A stretch of DNA of 63,864 nucleotides, the filler included, from an uncultured Methanosarcinales archaeon (lineage in GTDB: Archaea > Nanobdellota > Nanobdellia > Woesearchaeales > CAYSVS01): the NCBI GenBank assembly GCA_964434475.1. It is 5 parts of 5 records of this genome, joined end to end, with 100 filler letters (N's around TTAATTAATTAA, not from the genome) between each part and the next. Parts side by side here need not be neighbours in the genome. Positions count along the whole stretch, not along the records: positions 1 to 13,307 come from CAYSVS010000034.1; positions 13,408 to 26,521 come from CAYSVS010000035.1; 3 more parts are not named here. The stretch is one strand, 5' to 3'. The translations under genes and the position numbers were made by a program. Positions 11,166-20,409 of the stretch are shown here, piece by piece. The notes under the pieces are model-generated. The model was not told the DNA's origin, did not search any database, and saw nothing but the letters and a program-made list of their open reading frames with translations. How positions within the stretch are numbered: position 1 is the first letter of the stretch; every line of letters begins with the position of its first letter.

Positions 11166-12500
11166 ATGGGATTAGAGAAGATAGTTGTCAGTTGCAGTCA
11201 TAATAAAGAGAATGCGAATAATTTTGAAAGCGCTAAGATTATAGCAAATAGGAAAGTAATATTTAAATTTCTGGAAGACATAGAACAAAATAAAGTTTGC
11301 AGGAGCATAAATTTTAGGAGATGGAATAAAAGCAAACAAGAAGAAGACTATGTTGATGAGAATAAATTCTTGATGTCACTGTATAAGGATGTGCCTGTTT
11401 TTGTTCCCGTAACTCTTCCTTATACTGCTTTAGGAAAGGAAGTGTCTGTTTATGGCAGCCAAGAGAACAGAGATGTTGTTGAATTATTTAATGCTTTTTT
11501 AGATCAGAAATATGGGATAAGTGATGCTGTAGATTTTATTAAAGAAGGTGAAATATTGTCCTTGGGTAATTCGATATTAAGAAGTGCTAAGAATCTTAAT
11601 CTAAAAAAAAGCGAGCACTTTGCTTTTGTTCCTGGAGATTGTCCTTTAGGTTTTTATATGCTTGATCAGTTAAATGACGAGGATATCGATAATCATGGAA
11701 TAATATTCAATCTTAATACTCCGGATGCTGCTAAATTTGAAGACGTTGAATTGTTTAATAGGAATTTCTATAGATATATAATAGATGAAAACAATATTAG
11801 AAAATTATGGAAAGAGTCCAACTTTTGGGTGCTTAATAAGAATATACTTAAGAAAAAGAAAGCGATAAATGCAATATATAAACTAAGGCAGGGCACAAAA
11901 CTTAATCCTTTCAGTTTGGCGTACGAGTTAGGTTCAAGCCTTAAATGGTGGAAATTTCCAGGAATTACGCTTCCTGATCTTGCAAATGTAGCTACAACCA
12001 TCTTTATGAATAAAGTTATGAAAACTAACTTAAGATGGGGAGGCGATTATAGAACAGGAGAATTGCTTGGAGAATTCATTTTTGAAACTCCTACAAGAAT
12101 TAAAGCGAAACACAATAATCCTTTTTTGATCAAAGATATAGATGCATGGCATGATCTTTGGTATTATCAAGATATATTTAAGGCTGTCAAGGGAAAGACA
12201 GAATATGATGGCTTGGATTTGATACATCCTTTTGGCAAGTTAATATTTGAGTTCAATGAATATATGCAGGATATAAAAAATAATGTTGGTGTGTTAAATT
12301 GCGATTATGAACAAAGAAGAAAACAAGAGTTGATAGATTTTGTGCCTGCTCCATTTAAGGATGATATAGCTGATTATTTTAAGCAAAGGAATCAAGGAGA
12401 ACATATTATGAAAAGCGTTAAATGTGCTATGTATCATACAGAACGGTTCAAAAAATACATTAAAGAAAATAATATACCATTAAAGATTCCTTTACAATAA
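11166..12500 (+). CDS. Hypothetical protein, distant MobA-like NTP-transferase fold possible
   Basis: Long ORF; FVPGDCP and late DIDAWHD motif resemble GT-A/NTP transferases. Confidence 0.55.
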   Translation: MGLEKIVVSCSHNKENANNFESAKIIANRKVIFKFLEDIEQNKVCRSINFRRWNKSKQEEDYVDENKFLMSLYKDVPVFVPVTLPYTALGKEVSVYGSQENRDVVELFNAFLDQKYGISDAVDFIKEGEILSLGNSILRSAKNLNLKKSEHFAFVPGDCPLGFYMLDQLNDEDIDNHGIIFNLNTPDAAKFEDVELFNRNFYRYIIDENNIRKLWKESNFWVLNKNILKKKKAINAIYKLRQGTKLNPFSLAYELGSSLKWWKFPGITLPDLANVATTIFMNKVMKTNLRWGGDYRTGELLGEFIFETPTRIKAKHNNPFLIKDIDAWHDLWYYQDIFKAVKGKTEYDGLDLIHPFGKLIFEFNEYMQDIKNNVGVLNCDYEQRRKQELIDFVPAPFKDDIADYFKQRNQGEHIMKSVKCAMYHTERFKKYIKENNIPLKIPLQ

Positions 12501-12758
12501 ACTTATTATCCTGTTTATGTTTTCAGTTATCTCTTCGCCTTTTTTTGTTAGTGTAAGAAGCTTTAATCTTCCTTGTTTCTCAAAATTGACTAATCCGTTT
12601 TTCTGCATCTGTTGTAGTACTTTAACAACATGAGAATATGTGCAGTCTGTCTGTTTCGCTAAGCTTGATGCATATATCGGATTTTTGGTGTTTTTTAAAA
12701 TAACTAACATCATCGTCGGTTTTTCTCTGAAAAACACGTTAAATATTTCTTTGTTCAT
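12492..12758 (-). CDS. Winged-helix (MarR-like) transcriptional regulator
   Basis: YASSLAKQTDCTYSHVVKVL...KQGRLKLLTLTKKG. Confidence 0.85.
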   Translation of the reverse strand: MNKEIFNVFFREKPTMMLVILKNTKNPIYASSLAKQTDCTYSHVVKVLQQMQKNGLVNFEKQGRLKLLTLTKKGEEITENINRIISLL

Positions 12759-12953
12759 AAAATCTACCCCCAAAACACACATAATAAAATATATTTGATT
12801 ATATGTATGTTAGAGTATATTATATTTAAATCTTATGTTTTAAGTATCTATGTTGTTATCACTGAGTGTTGACGGAATAGCTGTGTTTTGATGTTAAACA
12901 AAATATAAAAAAACAAAAAAAGATTTCAAGAAATAATCAGATCATGAATAGAA

Positions 12954-13154
12954 TTAGTATTCTTTCTTCTTTCTGAAGCATTCTTTGCAGTAAACTGGCT
13001 TGCCTGATGTTGGTTTGAACGGAACTTCGCATTCTTCACCGCATTCTGAGCAAGTTGCTTTATGCATCTGTCGTGGACCAAAATTTCTTTTTTGGCCAAA
13101 ATGTTTTCTTTGGCTGGATTCTCTTCTGAATCTACCTTTTTTGGAATTTTCCAT
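12954..13154 (-). CDS. CxxC-x17-CxxC domain protein
   Basis: PRQMHKATCSECGEECEVPFKPTSGKPVYCKECF; GGAGG RBS. Confidence 0.9.
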   Translation of the reverse strand: MENSKKGRFRRESSQRKHFGQKRNFGPRQMHKATCSECGEECEVPFKPTSGKPVYCKECFRKKKEY

Positions 13155-13307
13155 GTTTCTTTCCTCCGCAAATTATATAAAAAGACCTCTGAGGTTTCTT
13201 ATATATTTTAGTGCATAATAAATGAAGCTGCTTATAAATATATCTTTTCGAGGTATGTGCATAGCTTAGATTAGAGCTTTTAAAGAATAAAATGGGTTTT
13301 GTCCATT

Positions 13308-13407
13308 NNNNNNNNNNNNNNNNNNNNNNNNNNNNNNNNNNNNNNNNNNNNTTAATTAATTAANNNNNNNNNNNNNNNNNNNNNNNNNNNNNNNNNNNNN
13401 NNNNNNN
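13308..13407. other. Assembly spacer (N run with TTAATTAATTAA linker)
   Basis: 100-nt artificial joiner. Confidence 0.99.
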
Positions 13408-13455
13408 ATAAACCAACTTGATCAAATAAATTTTGCAGAATTATCGAATTTCACA
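13408..13455 (-). mobile_element. IS-like element A terminus, copy 1
   Basis: Reverse complement of TGTGAAATTCGATAATTCTGCAAAATTTATTTGATCAAGTTGGTTTAT, identical to 26471 and 63814 copies; all at contig ends. Confidence 0.85.
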
Positions 13456-13582
13456 ATTATTTGACAAAACAATTATGTATAATCAAAAACTATTTATAAC
13501 ATTAATTTTTTAAAGAAATTAAAGAGATATTATTACAAAGATAATTCTTTTTGATTCAAATAAATACGGAGGTGTTTTAACA

Positions 13583-13879
13583 ATGGAAGAAGAAAACAAA
13601 CAAGAACAAGCAGAGCAGCCTCAGGAACAACCTGAACAATCACAAGAAACAACAGAAGAAACAGAAGAGAAAAAGGAAGAAGCTTCGGAAGAACCTAAAG
13701 AGGAAGAACAAGCAGAGCAGCCTCAGGAACAACCTGAACAATCACAAGAAACAACAGAAGAAACAGAAGAGAAAAAGGAAGAAGCTTCAGAAGAACCTAA
13801 AGAGGAAGAACAAGCAGAGCAGCCTCAAGAAACAACAGAAGAGAAAAAAGAAGAAGCTTCTGAACAACCTCAGGAATAA
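13583..13879 (+). CDS. Acidic Glu/Gln-rich low-complexity repeat protein
   Basis: GGAGGTG RBS; 98 aa almost entirely E/Q/T/K/P. Confidence 0.8.
   Translation: MEEENKQEQAEQPQEQPEQSQETTEETEEKKEEASEEPKEEEQAEQPQEQPEQSQETTEETEEKKEEASEEPKEEEQAEQPQETTEEKKEEASEQPQE
13604..13828 (+). repeat. 102-bp (34-aa) tandem repeat, two near-identical copies plus a partial third
   Basis: EQAEQPQEQPEQSQETTEETEEKKEEASEEPKEE x2, then EQAEQPQ. Confidence 0.95.
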
Positions 13880-13960
13880 GATTCCTTTTTTTTATTTTTT
13901 CTTAACATTTATATACTTGAAAAATATTGAATTCTTAAATATTAAAAAAGAGTTGATATT

Positions 13961-14929
13961 ATGGTTTTAATGAATATACTGCTTTTGATCTTATTCTCGA
14001 CATTGTTAGTCATATCAGGAGTATATCTGGTAAAATGCCTTAGAAAGATTGCTGTTATTTTCAAGATGAGCGAATTTGTAGCAGGATTCATAATAATGGC
14101 TGTTGCTACAACGATACCCGAATTATTTGTAGGAATATCGTCAGCACTCAAAAAAACAACAGGAATCGCCTTGGGAACTGTTATTGGAAGCAATATAGCG
14201 AACTTGACATTAATATCAGGTATAGCAATAATTTCAGTTAAAGGATTTAAGATCCAAAGCGAAAAGACCAAAAACGATTCTTTGATGATGGTTGTTTTCG
14301 CCGCACTACCTATCATATTGACAGTTATCGGACAAGAATTAAGCAGAAAAGATGCTATATTACTGCTTATCGCTTTTGCAGCATACTCAATCCATCTCTT
14401 AAAGCAAAGAAAAGCTTTTAGGAAAGAATTTGAGGAAGATCTAAAAAAGAAAGAAATATTATATTACAGCATAATATTTGTGGTAAGTCTGGCAACATTA
14501 TTTTTTAGTTCAGAAAGAATTGTATACAATGCAATAGAAATTGCAAATTTTTATAATATAGCTCCAATAATAATAGGACTAATATTAGTCGCCATAGGAA
14601 CATCATTGCCTGAACTGACATTTGGATTAACTTCAGTACTCAAAGGCCATACTGATATATTTTTAGGCGATATAATCGGCGCAGTTATTGCAAACTCAAC
14701 ATTGATCCTTGGAATCACTGCACTAATAGAACCCATAACTGCAGATTATTTCCTTTTCTTGACTTCAGGAATATACATGGTGATAGTAACATTCATATTC
14801 GCAACCTTTGTAGAATCAGGCGACAGGTTATATTGGAAAGAAGGAGTATCATTGATAATGCTGTATGTCTTCTTCATAATAATAGAATTCTACATAAAGT
14901 TGTTAAGCAATGGAGTAATAGGCGGATAA
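13961..14929 (+). CDS. Na+/Ca2+ exchanger (CaCA, YrbG-like)
   Basis: Alpha repeats ATTIPEL...IGSNIAN and GTSLPEL...IGAVIAN. Confidence 0.93.
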   Translation: MVLMNILLLILFSTLLVISGVYLVKCLRKIAVIFKMSEFVAGFIIMAVATTIPELFVGISSALKKTTGIALGTVIGSNIANLTLISGIAIISVKGFKIQSEKTKNDSLMMVVFAALPIILTVIGQELSRKDAILLLIAFAAYSIHLLKQRKAFRKEFEEDLKKKEILYYSIIFVVSLATLFFSSERIVYNAIEIANFYNIAPIIIGLILVAIGTSLPELTFGLTSVLKGHTDIFLGDIIGAVIANSTLILGITALIEPITADYFLFLTSGIYMVIVTFIFATFVESGDRLYWKEGVSLIMLYVFFIIIEFYIKLLSNGVIGG

Positions 14930-14930
14930 G

Positions 14931-15374
14931 ATAAAAAAGGAAAAAATATCCTGTTTACCTGTGGACAGGCAAAAGCTGGGGAAAGACAACATCAGCGATA
15001 GGATGCACATTAAGAGCAGCAGGCTATGGAAAAAAGATTGTTGTAGTTCAGCAGAAAGCAAGAGAGAAAACTGAAAAACCCAGGTAGGAAATACAAGGAT
15101 TTGGCAAAGAAAGGAGTTGATTTTGCCAAAGAAACCGCACTTAAGAAAAAGCCGTTCTTTTATACTTGACGAGATAAATCTTACTGCAAAGATATGATTA
15201 TTAAGCTCTAAAGATATCCTGGACATGCTTGATAATATTCTGCAAAAAGTTCATATCTAGATGGCAAGAAGATATGCTCCTGATTCTTTAAAAAAAAGAG
15301 CAGACTTTGTAAATACTATCAATATGATCAAAGGCCCTAAGAAATTGGTTGGAGAGAAAGGCATAGATTTGTGA
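14931..15374 (+). pseudogene. cobO: Cob(I)yrinic acid/cob(I)alamin adenosyltransferase (CobO/BtuR) pseudogene
   Basis: Hand translation: VYLWTGKSWGKTTSAIGCTLRAAGYGKKIVVVQ ... ILDEINL..*..*..RYAPDSLKKRADFV...GIDL*; no ATG, frameshifts, in-frame stops. Confidence 0.85.
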
Positions 15375-15420
15375 CTGCTGTCACAATAAGTTTTTTAAAT
15401 ATTCTTATTATATCCGTAAT

Positions 15421-15771
15421 ATGAAAAACACACTGGAAAAGATGATTAATACAGAAACAATGTTGGTGACCAGGATAACCGAATATTCTCAAAAAATCGC
15501 TAGTTTCTTCACTGAAATAGAAGAATACAATGAAGCCAAAAAAGATACTGGACTCATAGGATTATATTTTGATTTTTCTCAACACTATAAAAAAGATGGG
15601 CTAAATAAAGAACAGCTGAAAGCAGTATCAAAAGCTGCAGAATTGATAGAATTTATGGATTCTTTAAGGTTAAATAATAGCGATGAAAAACAAAAAATAA
15701 AATCATTCATAGAACTTTATGAAACACAGATATATCAAGTATGTTATCCCATGTTCTGTAGGAATTTTTAA
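15421..15771 (+). CDS. Hypothetical protein
   Basis: 116-aa ORF with upstream TATA-like TTTAAATA. Confidence 0.6.
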   Translation: MKNTLEKMINTETMLVTRITEYSQKIASFFTEIEEYNEAKKDTGLIGLYFDFSQHYKKDGLNKEQLKAVSKAAELIEFMDSLRLNNSDEKQKIKSFIELYETQIYQVCYPMFCRNF

Positions 15772-15870
15772 AATGAACCCTCAACCATCCTTATCTGTCT
15801 TGGGTATGTCTCAGATATAAGTTTGCTTTTGCAGAAAGTGAATTCAAGAATTAGAGCCAGATTAGATATC

Positions 15871-16284
15871 CTATCTCTTTTTTAACAATAATTTTATCTC
15901 ATCTAGGTCCTTTTGCATATTGTTTATCTCTCTTTCTGCTTTCCTGTTGACCAAGTAATCATACCTTGCGTTAATCCTGTCCCTTTCTGCTTGTCTGTTT
16001 TGGCTCATAAGGATTATAGGCGCTTGTAATGCAGCTAAGCAGGACAACAAAAGATTAAGAAGAATAAATGGATAAGGATCCCATCTATATATAAACATCT
16101 GAACATTAACAAATATCCATAAAAGCAGAAAAATAAGCAATCCGATTATGAACGCCCAACTGCCTGCAAATTCAGTCAGTTTATCTGCAGATATCTGACC
16201 AAAAGTTAAGCCTGTTTTTTGGATCAAAGAACTGCTCTTTGACTTATGCAAATTATTATTTTTGCTTTTCCTCTTTTTGGCCAT
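15871..16284 (-). CDS. DUF1003 membrane protein
   Basis: GSWAFI, DPYPFILLNLLLSCLAALQAPIILMSQNRQ. Confidence 0.93.
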   Translation of the reverse strand: MAKKRKSKNNNLHKSKSSSLIQKTGLTFGQISADKLTEFAGSWAFIIGLLIFLLLWIFVNVQMFIYRWDPYPFILLNLLLSCLAALQAPIILMSQNRQAERDRINARYDYLVNRKAEREINNMQKDLDEIKLLLKKR

Positions 16285-16370
16285 ATAATAAATAAATTTA
16301 AATTTAATATATAAAGTTTTGGATTATAAACATTTGAAAATATGTTTTCATATTGAATTATCTATATATC

Positions 16371-17087
16371 TCAATACCTTCTGCTCATGTTGTTCATGCT
16401 TATAGCTAGTATGTCCTTGAACATCCTATAAGAATCTCTTACTGGACTAACTTTGCTGCCTTTCTTGTCTATCCATGTTACTGGCAGTTCCTTTACCTTT
16501 AGCTTATACTTTCTCGCAAGATACAATATCTCAACATCAAAAGCAAATCCGTCTAGAGTTGTTCTGGAAAAAATTTTCTTTGCAGCGCTTTTCTTGAAAA
16601 GCTTGAATCCGCATTGCGTGTCTTTTATTCCAGGAAGAAGCACAAAGTTGACAAGCAAAGGAAAAGATTTTCCTAACATCTGTCTGTATATAGGCTGCTT
16701 TATAACTATATTTGATTTTTTCATGTTCCTTGAAGCTATGACAACATCATATCCTAATTTCATGAAATGCATAAATTTAGCAATCTCTTCTATAGGTGTA
16801 GCAAGATCAGCATCACTGAACAATATAAGATCGTATTTAGCATTTAATACGCCTTTCTTTACGCTGTAGCCTTTACCTTTGTTCTTTGCATTAAGAAGCA
16901 GCCTTATGTTTTTATCTTTTTTCTGGTGCTCAAGAACTATTTTTCTAGTCTTATCTTCTGAACAGTCATCAACAACTATAATCTCGTAATCCTTAAATAC
17001 AGTATCAAGGAAATAGCTAATCTTTTCTAATGTTTCTCCTATCCTTTGTTCCTCGTTATATGCAGGAATAACAACAGACAATGTCAT
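16371..17087 (-). CDS. GT2 dolichyl-phosphate glycosyltransferase (Alg5-like)
   Basis: VIPAYNEE, VDDCS, NKGKG, DADL, DTQCGFKLF, FAFDVE. Confidence 0.92.
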   Translation of the reverse strand: MTLSVVIPAYNEEQRIGETLEKISYFLDTVFKDYEIIVVDDCSEDKTRKIVLEHQKKDKNIRLLLNAKNKGKGYSVKKGVLNAKYDLILFSDADLATPIEEIAKFMHFMKLGYDVVIASRNMKKSNIVIKQPIYRQMLGKSFPLLVNFVLLPGIKDTQCGFKLFKKSAAKKIFSRTTLDGFAFDVEILYLARKYKLKVKELPVTWIDKKGSKVSPVRDSYRMFKDILAISMNNMSRRY

Positions 17088-17157
17088 AAGATATACTGAA
17101 AATATCTACTTTTTAAAGATTATTATTATTTAATTGCTATTCTATAGAATATCTGTT

Positions 17158-18012
17158 CTAAAGAAACATCAACAACCAATTGCCTAAAAATAATGTCAAT
17201 ATATATGCAATCAAAAAACTAGGAACAAAAGGTATGCCTTCTTTTACCAATACTTTTTTTATCTTGTTCTGTTTGTATAATTTCTGAATTTTTTTAATCT
17301 GTGGCTTCTCTATGCCTAGATCCTTAGGTCCTGCGATGTATCTGCCTTTATAGTAAACGTCTTTTGCTATCCAATCTCCCTCTGTTAACTTATTAGGTTC
17401 GTAGTATTTCAACATGCATGATTCTTCTGCTGATTTAGTGAACAAGAAAAGATAATACCAAAGGAATATGACTACAGCAAACAAAAGCATAGTGTATCTT
17501 AACATGAAATTAGCTATTAAAAAAGATAATATAGCCATTATAGCCGAAATCAGTAAAATGATGTTATGAGCCTGCCTTGTCTTCAAGAAATTCTTATTGA
17601 AAGCTTTAGTAAACTTTTTTCTGTTGATTATGACAAGAACTATGCTGAATATCAAACCATAGAAAGCACCAGCTATAAAAGAATTGACGATAAACACGAC
17701 AAATGTTGAAGCAAGAGAAAGATTAAAACCTAATAATGCACCCAACCCCATCAGAAGTTTTGAGTCTCCTCCTCCCCATTGACCAGTATAGAACATAACA
17801 TAAGCAATTATTAAACCTAAAACAAACCCATAGATTCCCTGTAAAATATAAATATTATTAAAAGTTATCAATGAAAAAGAAGATCTTAATGTCAAAGCAA
17901 AGAATATCAACCCATAATTCAACCAATCCATAACTTCTCTTTTTTTCATGTCCTGTATTGATGCAATAACCAATACTATAATTGCTGTTATGATTATTAT
18001 AAGGTTTATCAT
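17158..18012 (-). CDS. Prepilin/preflagellin peptidase (A24, PibD/FlaK-like)
   Basis: ASIQD, WGGGDSKLL, LTEGDW, GIPFVPSF. Confidence 0.9.
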   Translation of the reverse strand: MINLIIIITAIIVLVIASIQDMKKREVMDWLNYGLIFFALTLRSSFSLITFNNIYILQGIYGFVLGLIIAYVMFYTGQWGGGDSKLLMGLGALLGFNLSLASTFVVFIVNSFIAGAFYGLIFSIVLVIINRKKFTKAFNKNFLKTRQAHNIILLISAIMAILSFLIANFMLRYTMLLFAVVIFLWYYLFLFTKSAEESCMLKYYEPNKLTEGDWIAKDVYYKGRYIAGPKDLGIEKPQIKKIQKLYKQNKIKKVLVKEGIPFVPSFLIAYILTLFLGNWLLMFL

Positions 18013-18065
18013 AAGTATTGTTTTTAACAATAATCTTTATAAACTTTGTTATTACAATATATTGT

Positions 18066-18803
18066 ATGCTAGAAAAAGTCAGAAGTATGCTTAAAGGAGA
18101 GGACACAAGCAAGTTGAAAAGAGCTCCTTTTCATGTAGCTTTGACAATGCATGGAATAAAGAAATGGAGCGATGAAGCAAGTTCTACTTATGATCAAGCA
18201 TATTCAAAAAGTTTTGAAAAACTTAAAGAGCTTATAGAAGTGCAGGTCGATGAAAAGATAAGGATATTCAGCATATATATAATACCAGAAACCATGAAAG
18301 ACAGCGTAGATGCTATAGATCATTTCATAGAATTCGTCAATGGACTTAAGCACAGCGATATAGTCAACAAGAACCAGATCAAAGTTTCGGTTTTAGGCAA
18401 ATGGTATGATTTGCCGAATAGAGCTATTGACCCTATAAAAGAGCTTATTACAGAGACAAAAGATTATGATAATTTTTTTCTTAACCTTTGCATAAACTAC
18501 AACGGTCAAGAGGAGATTGTCGGAGCTATGAGAGTGATTGCAAGAAAGATACTGGCTGAAAAGATAGATCCTGAAAACATAGACAAAGAGATGATAAAGG
18601 ACAACATCTACACATCATATTTTCTTCCGCCTGACATATTGATAAAGACAGGCGTAAAAAGAAGAACTTTCGGATTTTTGTTATGGGATTCACCTAAAGC
18701 CCACATACATTTTGTGGACAAACTTTTTCCTGAAATGACAAAACATGATTTTCATAAAGCGCTTAAAGAATGGGAAAAATATAAAGAATATGTGTATAAA
18801 TAA
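18066..18803 (+). CDS. cis-prenyltransferase (UppS-like) homolog with degenerate catalytic motif
   Basis: PFHVALTMHG (vs IMDG), NLCINYNGQEEI, PDILIKTG, FLLWDS, LFPE. Confidence 0.8.
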   Translation: MLEKVRSMLKGEDTSKLKRAPFHVALTMHGIKKWSDEASSTYDQAYSKSFEKLKELIEVQVDEKIRIFSIYIIPETMKDSVDAIDHFIEFVNGLKHSDIVNKNQIKVSVLGKWYDLPNRAIDPIKELITETKDYDNFFLNLCINYNGQEEIVGAMRVIARKILAEKIDPENIDKEMIKDNIYTSYFLPPDILIKTGVKRRTFGFLLWDSPKAHIHFVDKLFPEMTKHDFHKALKEWEKYKEYVYK

Positions 18804-18882
18804 GGTTTGATTTCTCAAGAGAATATAAAACATATATTGTTTAATAGTAACATTTAAAAAGCTATATCGCCTATTAGTATTA

Positions 18883-19191
18883 ATGGTAGATATAAATTAT
18901 GCTTATGATCTGGAAGAAGCTGTAGATCCTATTCCTAAACCAGGTTTTATGGAAAAACACGAGTTTGACAGCTTAAATGAGATAAGAAAGATGATTTCTC
19001 AGAAAAAATATAAAGATTCACAAGAAGTAAGAGAACATATGCTTTATCTTGAAAGATTAGGAGATAAACTAAGAATAAAGTTACAGAGAGAAAATAATGA
19101 CGGAGAAAGCGGATGGATGCTTAAGTACGATGTTGAAAAAGTGCATTCTACATTCAAGATTCTTGAAAGATTGCTTAACAAGATGGGTTGA
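18883..19191 (+). CDS. Hypothetical protein
   Basis: 102-aa ORF with upstream TATA. Confidence 0.6.
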   Translation: MVDINYAYDLEEAVDPIPKPGFMEKHEFDSLNEIRKMISQKKYKDSQEVREHMLYLERLGDKLRIKLQRENNDGESGWMLKYDVEKVHSTFKILERLLNKMG

Positions 19192-19307
19192 TCACCATTG
19201 CATTTTTACTTAAAAAGATACAAATTATATATTTGTAATGGTACTTATTCTATGAAATTAATTAAACAAAAAAATTAACAGTATTATCATACAATAACCA
19301 TAGAGTA

Positions 19308-19382
19308 TCAACAGTTCATGGCGACCAGTCAATACAAAACAAAATCCATGATTTTTATGAGATCAATGGTATTAAAAGTATA
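19308..19382 (+). repeat. Dispersed intergenic element, copy 1
   Basis: Blocks TCAACAGTTCAT / ACCAGYCAATA / AATCCATKATTTTTATGAGA / GGTATTAAAAGTATA shared in order with 43457-43562 (-). Confidence 0.8.
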
Positions 19383-19557
19383 CAAAAATAAAATAAGACC
19401 ATTATGCTTTATCAAAAACAGAAACCGATTTTCTTAATTACTTCATGAGAAGATACATTAACACATATAAATATCTTAAAACGAAAAGTTTATAAATGAT
19501 ATATTATATTATTCTAAGATATATATTATTTAATAACGTTCAAAAGAGGTGTAAATT

Positions 19558-20181
19558 ATGAGGTACAAAAAAAAGGGAAGTTTGAATCTTTCTATAAACG
19601 CTATAGTTGTTTTAATTCTAGCAGTTACAATGCTTGGACTTGGACTTGGTTTTATGAAGACAATGTTTGGTAAAGCAACAGAACAGTTTGGAGAAGTATC
19701 TGGCTCGATGAAACAGCAAATCATAGATGAGATAAAATCAAGCAATGAGAAACTTGCATTGAATGTGTTTGATGTCGAGTTGAAAAGAGGCGACAGCAAG
19801 AAGATATATTTTGGATTGAAGAATGTGTTACCTACTTCTGATGTTTTTAATGTTCTGCCTGATACTAACCCTGGATTAATCATTTTAGATGGATCGATCG
19901 ATACTTCATACGATGGTTCAACAATACAATGTTATACCAACTATGAAGGAGACGACTACGACGGAACCGCTGGCGGAGATCCTATTGAAGATCAGATACA
20001 ATTTAAAACAGCTCAATCTATTAGTATATCTGCGGGAGAGACAAAAGTAATCAGCATGAATATAATTCCTACATCAGATGCTAAATTAACAACATATTCT
20101 TGCGCAATCTATATAGATGATCCCGTAAATCCTGGAAAAGAATACGCAAGAAAAGACTTTGAAATTACTGTAAATTCATAA
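19558..20181 (+). CDS. Archaeal pilin-like protein (class III signal peptide)
   Basis: KKKG|SLNLSINAIVVLILAV hydrophobic N-terminus; GAGGTG RBS. Confidence 0.85.
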   Translation: MRYKKKGSLNLSINAIVVLILAVTMLGLGLGFMKTMFGKATEQFGEVSGSMKQQIIDEIKSSNEKLALNVFDVELKRGDSKKIYFGLKNVLPTSDVFNVLPDTNPGLIILDGSIDTSYDGSTIQCYTNYEGDDYDGTAGGDPIEDQIQFKTAQSISISAGETKVISMNIIPTSDAKLTTYSCAIYIDDPVNPGKEYARKDFEITVNS

Positions 20182-20191
20182 GGTGATTATA

Positions 20192-20407
20192 ATGGCAAAA
20201 AAAAGATTAAGCGAACAACAAGAGTTTAACATCATGCTTTTGGTATTGGACAAGTTCCTTTGGCTAGGATTTGGTGTTATGATTTTTGGACTTTACAAAA
20301 TGCTTTCACAGACAATAGCAGACGGCATATATTATATCATTACAGGAGCAGTATTGTTGATCTTGTTCATGATATTAATAGTCAAAGAATATGAAGTCCT
20401 GAAATAA
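20192..20407 (+). CDS. Small two-TM membrane protein
   Basis: QEFNIMLLVLDKFLWLGF...IVKEYE; GGTGA RBS. Confidence 0.8.
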   Translation: MAKKRLSEQQEFNIMLLVLDKFLWLGFGVMIFGLYKMLSQTIADGIYYIITGAVLLILFMILIVKEYEVLK

Positions 20408-20409
20408 AA

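Noticed and set aside
13175..13204. Imperfect inverted repeat (ACCTC-T-GAGGT core) upstream of the CxxC-x17-CxxC gene
   Set aside because: Could be an operator, but it is short, single and AT-flanked; insufficient evidence
13270..13307. TAGAGCTTTTAAAGAATAAA at the end of contig 1 as another IS end
   Set aside because: Single copy in the window and no partner end; cannot be supported
13308..13407. TTAATTAATTAA motif within N runs (four times)
   Set aside because: Artificial contig linker with stops in all frames; adjacency across these gaps is not biological
13408..13455. Identical ~50-nt repeats at contig ends considered as CRISPR repeats
   Set aside because: Not arrayed with spacers, no cas genes, dispersed in both orientations; better explained as IS ends
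14903..15226. 107-aa minus-strand ORF
   Set aside because: Antisense shadow of the cobO pseudogene
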